Part shown: positions 26,640-37,628 of the stretch, in pieces
Layout of the letters: every line of letters starts with the position of its first letter
How positions within the stretch are numbered: position 1 is the stretch's first letter
Assembly (NCBI GenBank): GCA_000708835.1
Contig: DF237274.1
Span: 38,781-102,780, forward strand
Source of the DNA: Klebsormidium nitens
Taxonomy: Eukaryota; Plantae; Klebsormidiophyceae
Direction: 5' to 3'
Length of the DNA: 64,000 nt
Notes under the pieces: model-generated
Seen by the model: the letters and a program-made list of their open reading frames with translations, nothing else
What the model was told of the DNA's origin: nothing
The model's database searches: none
Translations under genes and position numbers: made by a program

Positions 26640-28120
26640 CAGATTAATCTGACCAATTGCTCCCATCATCCAATCTGGGGGGTCATTGCGTACTTGCTTA
26701 AAATCGTCTGCATTATAAGTTGGATAATGTAGATGGCGGTGTAGATACTTACCTAATGGCAGAGTTATAGATAGCTCAATGATGACAGGTTACCCGTACG
26801 ACGTGGTACCTCCATACGTTGTTGAAACGGCCCAGCTCTCGCAGACATCACAACCGAAGCACCAGTATTAAGTTAGCTGCAAGCATTAAATAGTTGCAAA
26901 TACTTGCAAACAAGCAGTCAAAGCTTCCAAAACACGTATGACCGGTATTTGCATGCACAGTGCATAATGGGGGCACTAAATTCTGAATTCAAGCGCCTGT
27001 GTCTTCGATGTACCATTCAGTGACTGCTCAAATACGTAGGAATGTACGCTGACAATTCGAGTACCCCGACAATGAGCTCTAAAGCTAGCGTGTACTAACT
27101 ATTGAAAGTGATTGCACGTGGTTGGGAGACCAAGGACATGCTGCAGCTGATATTGGTACAAACTACTTCGTGCGTCGAGTCAAGGCAATGCAAGCCTAAG
27201 CATTACGCGCGGCGCGGCCCACTGCATGGACATGCACCCCAGGCCGGCGCTGTCGAGGTCAGTATGCCAGAACCCGGTCGCCTAGAATGCATGCCTAGCT
27301 AGCTATGAATGATGATCATGCATTGAATGCGCTTAAGTGCGTCGATCGGCCCCCTTAGTACATCATCTGATATCATGCACTGTTCATGGCCACCTACGCG
27401 TGCGATGCATGTGAGCGCCGCTCAGTGTTTGTTGAGCCTGCCGGATCGGTCATGCATGACCCATATGCTAGCTGCAGCCTGACCGGTGATTCATGCAAGG
27501 CTAGATTGCATCATGCACATGCATGTGCATGCCAGCCGTTGATATGGCCAGGATGGTATCGCTCAATACGCCTGTTGGCTTGGCAGCAAATATACGCATT
27601 CTGTCTAGCGAGTATATGTATGCGTGTCCAATTATTTGGGCTGCATGGGCCAAGATCAAACCCTGTGCATCATGTAAGTTCATGGGCTAAGTTTGCAGAC
27701 GCATCACGCCCTGGCATCAATCATTGTCAACGGATGCCGCCAAATAGGCTTAAACTTACTGAATTGTTTGTGAAGTCAAGAACGACCCTCGTAATCCTCC
27801 GGTCACCGTCAGTACACAGAAAATTTGATCATGAATTGTGGTACTCAGTTGCGCTGCTCGCTGCCAAGGTCCTGCTTGTCTCTCTACACGTTCCTATGCG
27901 ACGAGGTTCAATCAGGTACGTCCACACAGAACTGTTTACTCTCACGCCTATGAATCTCAAACTAGGAGCGCGCGAATGATGGTTATACTTTCCTCTAGCT
28001 TACAGCAGATAAGTTACCAACGCCCGCACAATCTGACCATCTCAGACACCTTGCACCAATAACTCATCTACCATCTTACAAGTGCCGCCTGTGCCCGCGA
28101 CATCAGCAGCGGGAGGTCCT

Positions 28121-29517
28121 CTAGTCGTGCCGTAACCTTCGCCGCTTGTCTTCCAGATCCCTGCGCACCTCCTTAGCGGACGACCCCCAGTTTATGGTGC
28201 CTCTAAACAGCTCCGGCATGCGCTTGTTCAGCGCCTTGCGGTCCTCTGCCGTCTCCGTACTAGTTGCGCCGCTCTCTGTCTCCGAGCCCGCCAGCGTGAC
28301 AAGGTCCTGGGAAGAAGACGGAAATCCTGGTCGGTCCTTCACAATGTTATTTGGATTGGCTTAGCTCCATACGGTATGAAAGAGCAGAGGCAATCAGGGT
28401 CCTTTTGATGCAAAGCCGAGCCTTTGCCAACGGAAGCCTATTCCTGACTTGCAAGGATGATGATTACCGGATTGGCAGACTTGGACTTTGACGATCCAGC
28501 AGGGGGTTTCCCAAGATGACGGGAACAGCATCCAAGAAGCGAACGATTAGAGCTATAAACCGCTACTGGTCACATACGGTCAATTTGCAAAAGGGCGCTG
28601 CTAGGCTTCAAAGACAGCACACGGAGTCAGCCCAGCCCGACGCAAACAAAAGCCAGCCTGATTTGTCGGCGGCTCACCACCCGATCCTTCCCGGGCTCAA
28701 GTTCCGCCGCCAGCGCCTCTTTTTCGAGCGCCTCCTGCAGCCTCCCCCCCTCCTCCGGGACCCCCTCTCTCGCCCGGGACGCCAACCCGAGCGCCGGCTT
28801 CTGCCGCCCGCCGGCCGTCTCCGCGGCCGGTAACCACCCCCCGGGGTCACTTTTGCGGCCTAGACCGTCTGGCACAACCACCCCCCTAAGCGAAACCCCC
28901 CGCTGGGAGCCCTGTCCAAGGGACCGCTGTTCCGCCGTTCTTGAAGCCTCTGTGCCGGCCCCGCTGCCCCACCAGGCAAAGAGCGGCCCGCCTGTCGTAT
29001 GCGGGTCCTCCTCTCTCCGTTCCGTCGATTCCGTTTCCGGGTGCGTCCACGGCGCGTTCTCGTCTAGAGTGTCCACCGATAGCGGCTCGTCGTTCAGCGG
29101 CTCCGGACGAGTAGTGCCGCTCGACGTCTTGGTTACGGAGTGCCGCTCCGGCAGGAGAAGAGGAGCGACTTCGCCGGCGCTCTCTTCGGTGATGCTGCAG
29201 GGAGTCGAACGGGTCATAAATGAGGAGCGGTCGCTTTCCGTGACGTCGTCGGCGTACAAAATTGGGCAGCGTCTGATGATCACACTCCAGCTCTCGCAGA
29301 CTGATGACCCACGCCTTAGGGCGGGAACGTGCGACGGACACGGGAGTGGATTGAGAAGCATGCAGTAGTGCTTGCAGCAAGAGCAAGATGACGTCACTGA
29401 GTCTTTTGACATGCAGACTCGCTGCGGTGACCGATGCAGGTTCGCGACACAGGCGGATCGCTGCCTGCCAGGTGGTGTCAGGATAGAAAGCTCCAGCACA
29501 GCAAGCATCGTGCACAA
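28121..29517 (-). CDS. Hypothetical two-exon protein, mostly low-complexity; start codon uncertain
   Basis: Open frame 29517-28678 ends at a GTGAGC donor in phase 0. The terminal exon 28306-28121 follows a pyrimidine tract plus CAG and encodes DLVTLAG...KALNKRMPELFRGTINWGSSAKEVRRDLEDKRRRLRHD*. Confidence 0.45.
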
Positions 29518-29701
29518 CTCGACGACGGGCGAAACGGAGGGTCTTCGCCAAGAAAAACCATGGTCCAGTGACTCGAGGATGGTCCGTGTACTAACCTGAC
29601 ACGGATGGGACCCGAATCAAGGTAAACAGGCAAGAGAAATCTTAGCAACCAAGCAGCAACCCCATAAGCGTCCCACGACCTAGAATCATTGCTTCGCCAA
29701 C

Positions 29702-32700
29702 TCACTTGCCCCCCCTCGCCGGGACCAGGTGTAGCAGCACCCCGCCCGGCAGGTTGGCACGTGCCTCCTCCAACAGCGGCGCCTTTGCGCGCGCCTCGAC
29801 AAGGCCCTCCGTCGCAAACGCCTCCACCCACCACGTGTCCCTCTCGTACGTCTCCAGGCCCCGTTCTTGCTCCGGTTCGCCCCATGTCCTGCCATATCCC
29901 TGCTTGACGGCGCTAACTGCGACGATGACAGGGCCTTTGGCGACACCAGCCACCGCAGCAATCAGCCTCCGAGCTTCTCGCTCGTCTAGTTTCTCGAAGG
30001 TCTCGGAGACGAAAACCAGGTCGAAGGGGATCGTGCTCCCCGTTCCGGCCACGGTGTTCCGCAGCTCGTGCGGCAGCGTTTGCAGGGTGATGGAGTCGCC
30101 GCAGCTCTGCTGGACGGGGCGTGCATAGGCGCTCTGGGTGTGTGAATCGGCACTCGCGTTCCAAACAGGCTCGAGCCCGATGAGTGCGGTGCCGTTGAGA
30201 AGCTGGAAGAGAGGACAGGGCTCGGGGCCAATGTAGAGAGTGCGGGTTTTGAGCGCTTCGGGAAAGAGGGTGTTGAGGGCGCGAGCAATGGCGCAGTTAG
30301 AGCCCATGCAGGAGGTATTCTCACCAAGCGAACCTGCAAGGGCGAAGCCAGGTTAAGCAAAGGGTTGATCAGTGGCTTAGGCTTCAGCGCGTCTTCAACG
30401 CGTGACACTGTTAAAGTGAGGTCTGAGGTCCTCGAAGGTGTTCAGCGGGTTCAGATCTGGGGCAGCTTAACGGATGTGATTATGAGTCGTGCTGATTGCA
30501 AAACACCAACAACGAAGAAGCGAAACGGTAGTCAGATCAAAGTTTAGGTACACATTGAAGAGGTGGCTTTCACAAAGGCAGCTCAAGATGGAACGACCAA
30601 GTCAAAACGTTCATCATAAGGTATCCAGTTTCTTCTCAGATACGAAAACAATGAGCTGACTTGAGCATTTTTTTCCAAACGCAATCTTTACAAAGTCAGC
30701 TTCTTAGGAACCTTGCATCCAAAAGGAAACCACCAAAACCATGACGACATGTGAAGGTTCGAAGGTCCTCGTCCACAATTTCAGATCAGGGTTCCAAGTG
30801 GCGTTGCTCCTCACCTGTGCGTTCGGAGGTGGCCGTACCGTTCCTCGCCCAGACTGCTTCGACCTCCCGTCTCGTCAAGCCCAGCCCCGCTAGCTTCTCC
30901 ACAAATGCCGACGCCTGGGTGTCGGTGCTGAGCACTGTTTCAAACAAGCCGGTGGCGTTTCCCAAGCTCTGATTGAAACCTGACGCGCTCGACGTAATCT
31001 CAGCTTGACGGGTCCCGTTTGTCAGCAACTTGATCGCCTCTGCGGTCATCCTCGCCAGCGTATCCAGGTCCGCAGTCGCGCTGAGCAACTCTCCCGCGAG
31101 GCCCAGCGCGTTCGCGAGGCTCGCGGCGAACCCCGTTGCATTCAGCGTCGCGTTCGCGGGACCCGGAGACAAACCCGCCGCGGCCGCGCTCTTCCACGGC
31201 CTCTCGCTTTCGCCCCTGAAACCCTCCCCTCCGCCGTTTTCCTCAGATTCTTCCCTCGCAAGGACCATCTTGTCCAGCGTGTCCGCGCCCCATTGCCGTG
31301 CCAGATTGTGCGGGCCGCTATGCTTCCGCCTCGCCAGCTGTCCCCGCTGGGTAAGGGCACCGCTTTCGGTGCGCACCATGACCGCCCGGTGCTCGGCATC
31401 CCCCTCGGCACCCCTGAGAGCTGACGCCTTCTCCTCCGCCCCCTCCGTCCCAAGCTCTGCTTTCTCTAACCCACCTTCTGACCCTCCCCCTTCCCAGTCT
31501 CTAACGCTCGTGTCCTTGACGTGTTGACTGCCTAAGACCCAGTCTGGGTCAGGATCTTCTACCCGGACTTCTTTCACAGGTTTTCGCTTCCGAAACAACC
31601 CCGATCCAGCACCCTCCACCTCAAAGTCCGGCCGCTGCTCCTCTGGCAACCAGGCAAACTTTGGGTCCACATTCAACATCGCCTTTTCTGTTGTTACGGC
31701 CCCAGCTGACTTAGCAACTCCTCTATTGGCGTCAGAGGCGTCTTGGAAAGTAGATTTGAGACCCGCTTCCATTATACCCCCCTGTTTAGACTTCATTGCA
31801 AGTTGAAGACCGTTGGCTGAGAGGGTGCTCTTGGGCTTCTGGAGTGTAGCACTGGCTTGCTCAAAGCTTAAACCTTTTGGCATATTTGCATCTGTCCGAA
31901 CCGTTTCTGCCAGCAGCGTTTCTCTTGCTTCTTTTGGATTGCTGCCAAGGAGTGTCGCCGCCTGGTCTTGGAGGTTGGCAAGAAGCCCTGCTGAGAGTGG
32001 AGGGGGGATAAGGTATCAGAGCTCCATCATCCTGCCGGTGCAAGGGCCCCTGGAGTCTTTGCATAGCCGCAGAAGATTATTTTGCATTGCGACGGGGCGA
32101 TATGAAGACGCGATATCGTATTCTGCCATACAAGCCTTACAGGTGCCTGTAGATTTATTTATCCAAGTGAAGAGAGGCGGTGTTAGGAATTCTTCAGAAC
32201 GAAACCGCAGGCGGATTCTGGAGTGGAGCAAAGGCAGGGCAGATGGCTACATAAGAAACAAATCAGCGTGCATTCATATGGAAACAGATCTCAAAAGTTT
32301 CAAATAAGAGGACTGACCGGCGCCTGGCGCACTCGTTCCTGGGCCAGGATAGCTTGCGAAGATGACAGCACCCTGCCGAGAAGGGGATATAGATGTTTGG
32401 AAGAGGACAAGCAGCTGAGTGATGCAAGGGGATGTGTTTCAGGTGAGGCCTCAAAATAAGCTGAACGTCAGGGTTTGAGTTCGGGTCAAGTAAGTCCGAT
32501 GTTAATGTTGCAGAATGGAAGGGTTCTGGTTGAACTTCAGTTGGATGCCAGAGTGGCGTCTATGACACGAAAGTTGGAAACGAAGAAAGGTCACCCCGAA
32601 CTAGCAATTCTTGCCCCCACCTTTGAGTGCCCCAAAATCCTGTCTGGCATGGTGCCACTGAGGCCCAACGTTCTAAACACAAGACTGTCAGCATTATCCT

Positions 32701-32865
32701 TTTAGAAAATGATACCAGCAATGGGATGATGTATCTGAACGCCCCATGCGACGCACTGACCAAGAGAGCGGCGCAGAACGATGTGATGGTCACGACCCGG
32801 CAGTCCGCTTTTCCAATGCGCCGGCCCCGTGCCATCAGCGGCCGCCGAAGCACAATAGGCTCCAT
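29702..32865 (-). CDS. Type II membrane SAM-dependent methyltransferase-like protein resembling cotton Golgi-related CGR2/CGR3 pectin methyltransferases, with a long stem
   Basis: Exons 32865-32761, 32372-32318, 31987-30815, 30333-29702, in phase. N-terminal TM (VVTITSFCAALLGAVIFASY) and a stem of about 390 aa. The C-terminal domain SC..ARAL..TLYIGPEPC..LIGLEP..FDLVFVSETFE..VAGVAKGPVIV..TWWVEAF..LLHLVP parallels the CGR motifs LHVGPDTC, WGVEP, FSLVIVSDAL and WW (from memory). Confidence 0.65.
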
Positions 32866-34466
32866 CGCATCCCCCACACCGCTGAGTTCAGAAGTAAAGG
32901 ACGCCCTCTCAGAAGCTAATGCTGGTTCAACCTGGCTTTGACCCAGTAAAGGACGCCCTCTCGGAAGTCTTCGCTGCTTTTGACGTTGCTTGACCCGTTA
33001 GGCTGATGCGACTTGGCAAAGCAGACGAGGTTTTAAATGTGAAACTGACTTGCTGTCCTGGACGGGATTGCCTGCCAAGATCTGTGGCACCTAGTGCAAC
33101 AGGATATTTTAACCTAGACATGCAGAAAGCGTCTATAAGATCCACTGCTGCATCTCAGCAGCTTTTCCTGACGCCCATGCAACTGTAGCTAGGGTGCCTC
33201 AACTTGGCTCATACCGAAAGAAACCATCAGCGGCAGCCTCGCCTTCTTAAAGTTCTAGCCCCGCTGAATGTTGGAAATCTGAGCTCGATCAGAAAGGACG
33301 AGGTGTATTTACACCCAGCGTTTCGCAACGCTGATCAAGAAGCAAGGAAGAACCAATCTGACGTTTGGTGTAACGCGCAATGATTGCAATGTAAATTCCT
33401 GCCAGAATCAGCGGAGGTAGAAATTTTTGACCAGTAATCGAACGCCATTTGGCATGCAGAGGCCAGGGCACTGGGACGTTCGGGTTGAAGTCGGCTGCAT
33501 AATGCTGGTGCGATCATCTGTCGACAGTCGAACATATTTTGATCCTCAACGACTCCGAAGCAGTAGGACTAGGAGCTTTGGAGCTTGAAATTTGAATATC
33601 TTGAAGGGCAACCTTTTTAAAAGCAATGGTGCAAACTCCTACGTACAGGCTTTTTATGATGAGCACGTCCTTGCAGTAAGCAGAATGTTCAAAAAACAGT
33701 ACTACTTTTACGAGTCCTCATCTTCATATGAGTTGTGGTGACACACGGGCGCTGTCAAGTCAAACCAAATCGTCAAAACCGATTATAATCTTCCTCGCTT
33801 CGACCGCACTTGAGATTGGCCAAATCTTACAAAACGTAGAGCCAAAGGGGTGCCGGCAAAGCGGCCAGCTGGGCAGGCTGGTGATAGTACTGCACCATGT
33901 AACCAGCAATTGACAAGACTTCAATCTATTAGTCGATGTTTTGCGGTTCGTTGGTACAGCAAGATTGGATGCCATTGGCGGGTTCCTGAGCCCAATATTC
34001 ATTTAAAGCTCGCGTCAAATATAGTACTCAAGCAATTGTCGGACAGCTTGCGAGAGTTCGTCCTTGTCCAGATCATATCAAGACTGTCCTGAAGCATGAA
34101 AGTGAAACCACAGAAATCAACAACGTCAATGGTCGCCCACTTCGCGGCTTAGGGATGCAGGTATTTATGGCGCATGTCATCTTTGATTAGAGCGAGTCGA
34201 CTCAATACATGAGCAGCCAATGACTTGAACCGGGATCCATCTGGCGCCAGCAAAATACATACGGTCAACGGGGTATGAATGCAGCATAACTGCAGCTCAC
34301 ATAGAGCAGCCAGTATCGTTTGATCACGTGCACGCAAACAACCATTTTACTTGTGCAAGAGACACCTCGCGTCTCAATATGAATCTTTGAAGACACCCGT
34401 TGTGTCAGATCGGCTTTCTTTTCGACTTCTCTGAACGAGGGAGGTCCTGTCGTCTTCCAGATCAGA

Positions 34467-37400
34467 CTACCAGCTGTCCAGGCTGCCTTCGTATCCGAGT
34501 TCCACCAAGGAGTGCCCGAATTCTCTCTTGAACGTGTCAATGTTAGCCCTCGAAAAGTGCTGCAAGGTGAAACACCGAAATCTCTGGAACCTGTCGGACC
34601 TCACTTTGCCAACCCCACCCCATTCGTCTCTGTAATAAGGGACTGAAGGCAAGGAAGATCCAATTGTGAAAGTGCTGAAGGAAGTCAGAGAATAGCACAC
34701 CGCAAAGAGCATTCTGACAGGTTCTGCTGTTTTGAGGGCTAACCTTTTTCCATGCGCCAGATTCGCGGGCCTGTACCATTGGACTATCCTCGAGGAGCTT
34801 TTTGAAATCTTCTGTCCAAACGCGACCTATCGAAGTGAACCTTTCCAGCTGCTTTCCCTGCAGAGGTGCGGGTCATGCAGGAACTAATCATCCGAAAGAG
34901 GAGGATGCGTCTAGCAATCGCACATCCCGCTGGATTCCGTTGATGACCCTTGGAGTTGATTGAGAGGTCGTATTCAATGATTGCAAAATGGCGTCCATCA
35001 CCATCGATAGCGTCTGATAAGACTTGATGTCAGCTTATTGATTTGAAAACCAACGTGCTCCGTGCGTACCTTGAGCCCATACCATCTCCCTGCTTCGGCA
35101 AATCCAGCCGCTGCATTGCCCCACAGGTCTTCGTACTGCAAAAGCAATGTGCGTCTTCTTCAGGTGGATCGATTATATGCACGACGTGAGCGGCGGAAAA
35201 ATCCACTGTCACCGTCCTGATTTATTTGGAATATGCAGAGATGGCCACGAGCGAGACGTAGAAAGACGATCCGATGCGCGACATGTAAAAATGCTTGCTG
35301 TAATCATGACAATCCATTCAGTCCGAAAGCAAACTTACTTTGTCGAAAAGGCTTCCACTCTTCAAAATACAGGTAAGATTGGATATCTCACCTTCAAAAG
35401 CTTCAAAACCTGTTTGAAAGCCTTCGCTGAGAGGCTGTTGATCACACAGATGTAGGATAAGGAGCCGCTGCATCCCTCAAGCTTGAGGATTTTGATAACA
35501 AGGTCAATACCTTCTGCCTTATTCAGATGGCAGATGTCCTGCAAAGAATTCAACTCTACAATCAATTTTGAGCCGTAATTGGAGTTGCAGAAGTTCGTCT
35601 ATGGCTTCTTGTACAGCAGGCAGATGCTTACTAGCCTGATTTGCATGTGCAGCGTCAAAGATGCAGGCACATGGTGAGTAGGGTCTTGTATGTCTCACGT
35701 TCAGCTTCATGCTCAGATCGATTTCTCGCAGACGTCTCCTCTCCTGCTGCGTCGAGTCCCCCTGGATGTGCTCAATCGAGGTTGCGGCTTTAAGCATCTT
35801 CCCTTTGATCATGCACTGGCTTGTCAGCTTCTCGTACTCCTCCAAAACAATGCCCCGTGGATCGCGGATGATCATCGAGGCGATGAACGGACGGGGAAGG
35901 TACGCCAAGGTGTTCTCGTCAATTCTCTCGAGCTGTAACAAAGAGAAAATGTGAAATGCTGTTTCATGTACAAACTTTCTCAATCGCTTCCTCAGCGTCC
36001 CTTGATAAAGTTCTGAATGCAAGTTGGGATTTGGACGGCGTCCTCAAGGGAACAAATATGTTACGAGACCCGAAGATCTCGCTGTTTTCGACACGACTTC
36101 AAAACCCTCGATTGCAGCCCAAGGTCAAGTCTTTGCTCACAACTTCATGAGGTTTTTACGAGGAATTGATTGACGCTACTGGTTTACGTGTCCAATGATC
36201 TTTCCCCACATCATTTTCAAGCTCTTCTTCAAGCAGTGCGTTCTTTTGTCTAAAGTACAGATGGAAGGATCATTGCACACGGCTGTCGATAAGAGAAATA
36301 CCGTGAAAGACCAATTGAATTCGTTGTGGTCATGCTTCAACAAAGTAACGAAACAAAGAACTTAGAGGCCATTCTACTTCGCCTACATTTCATTCCGATC
36401 TGTCTCTTGAACAGAGAAAACCTTGTTCTCAAAGCACGCATGAGATTGTCGTTCTGAACGACGTTTCGTCCCGAACCCTTCCTTCAATGAGAGACAGTTT
36501 CAGCAGATATCAAAGGTGTACCTGAAATACGTCGTGGTCGCACGTCAAGTCGGACACATGGCCTTGACCGAAGTGCAGCCCTTCCTCCTGGCAGAAGACC
36601 CTCAGGGTCTCTCTCCACCAGCCGGCTCCTGCAAGCAACCAATGTGTTGCGGTAACAAGCCAAAAGTCTCTGCAGATGTGTCTTCCCTACCTTCTGATGA
36701 CGTCTAAAATCGGTTTGATTCAGGAGATGGTTCGAAAGCGGCAGTCTCATGAATGATATCATTCAAGAAGTGGAACATAGGGCTTTCTCTCACCCGTGTT
36801 CTGTCCAGCAAGAGAAACAACGATCGGTCTTGTGCCGCTCTGGAACTTATGATCGTGGTAGGTATTCCCTGTACCATTTATCAGGCCCTCCAACAAAGCG
36901 ATCGATCTTGCCGGACATGAGAATGATGTGATCCCAGTGCTCGCGTATACTGCCACGTCGAGAAGGAAAATCTTGATCAGCGAAAGTTGACATGCTCTGA
37001 CGTCGATCAATTACGATCTACGCTTGCAGAATGAAAAAGACTTCTGTGTCACAATCTGCCGTTCTGCAGCCTCCACATAATTTGACTAGTTCCGAGAGAC
37101 CCGAGCGAGCAGGTTCCCTCCCTGTCCTTTTTGAGGAACAATGATAAGCATAAATGATGGCGAAGGCATGTCAATATTTATTGAATTGGCTCGAGGATGA
37201 AGCATAAGTGCAACTTGCAAAACCGTTGACGGCAGCAGTAGTACTCAGGCTCTCGATGGTGAGAAGACACCTACCAGCGGCTGCATAGTCGACTTGGCTG
37301 CAACAATTAAACAACATTGCTGTAAGCGACAAGCAAATATTGCTATGCTTCATGTTTGAAAAAAGGAGCAGAATATTGCTGGAGAAAGTCGAGAGCTGTG

Positions 37401-37628
37401 GAGCCGCATGCATGAATCTTGTTTGCAATCTCTTCAGGAGTGTTCTTAATCACCAGCTACGAGCAGCACTCACCTCGAGGATGCATACATTAGTGCCAGC
37501 CCAAACATCCCGAAGAAACCGAGGAGGATGGTGGCAAAGAAGGACGCAGCGACTTGGGATACGAAGCGAGATCTACTTGCTTTTTGGCCCTTCTTCTTTC
37601 CGCCTCCCGTCATTCTCATGCTCAGCAT
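34467..37628 (-). CDS. Type II membrane sulfotransferase-like protein (PAPS-dependent P-loop fold); middle exons only partly resolved
   Basis: First exon 37628-37474 with TM (FFATILLGFFGMFGLALMY). Later in-phase exons 35932-35699 (IIRDPR, a 3'-phosphate-binding-like motif), 35538-35511, 35426-35392, 35135-35070 (KYEDLW), 34857-34744 (RESGAWKK) and 34559-34467 (HFSRANIDTFKREFGHSLVELGYEG). These match the generic sulfotransferase C-terminal pattern. Confidence 0.65.

Noticed and set aside
32893-32967. Direct repeat AGTAAAGGACGCCCTCTC(A/G)GAAG x2 upstream of the CGR-like ATG
   Set aside because: Only two copies and no recognisable motif. It may be 5' UTR or an unresolved N-terminal extension.
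5261-37628. Sulfur-metabolism cluster (APR-B plus sulfotransferase-like gene)
   Set aside because: The genes are 25 kb apart with unrelated genes between them, they act in different compartments, and APR-B diverts APS away from PAPS.
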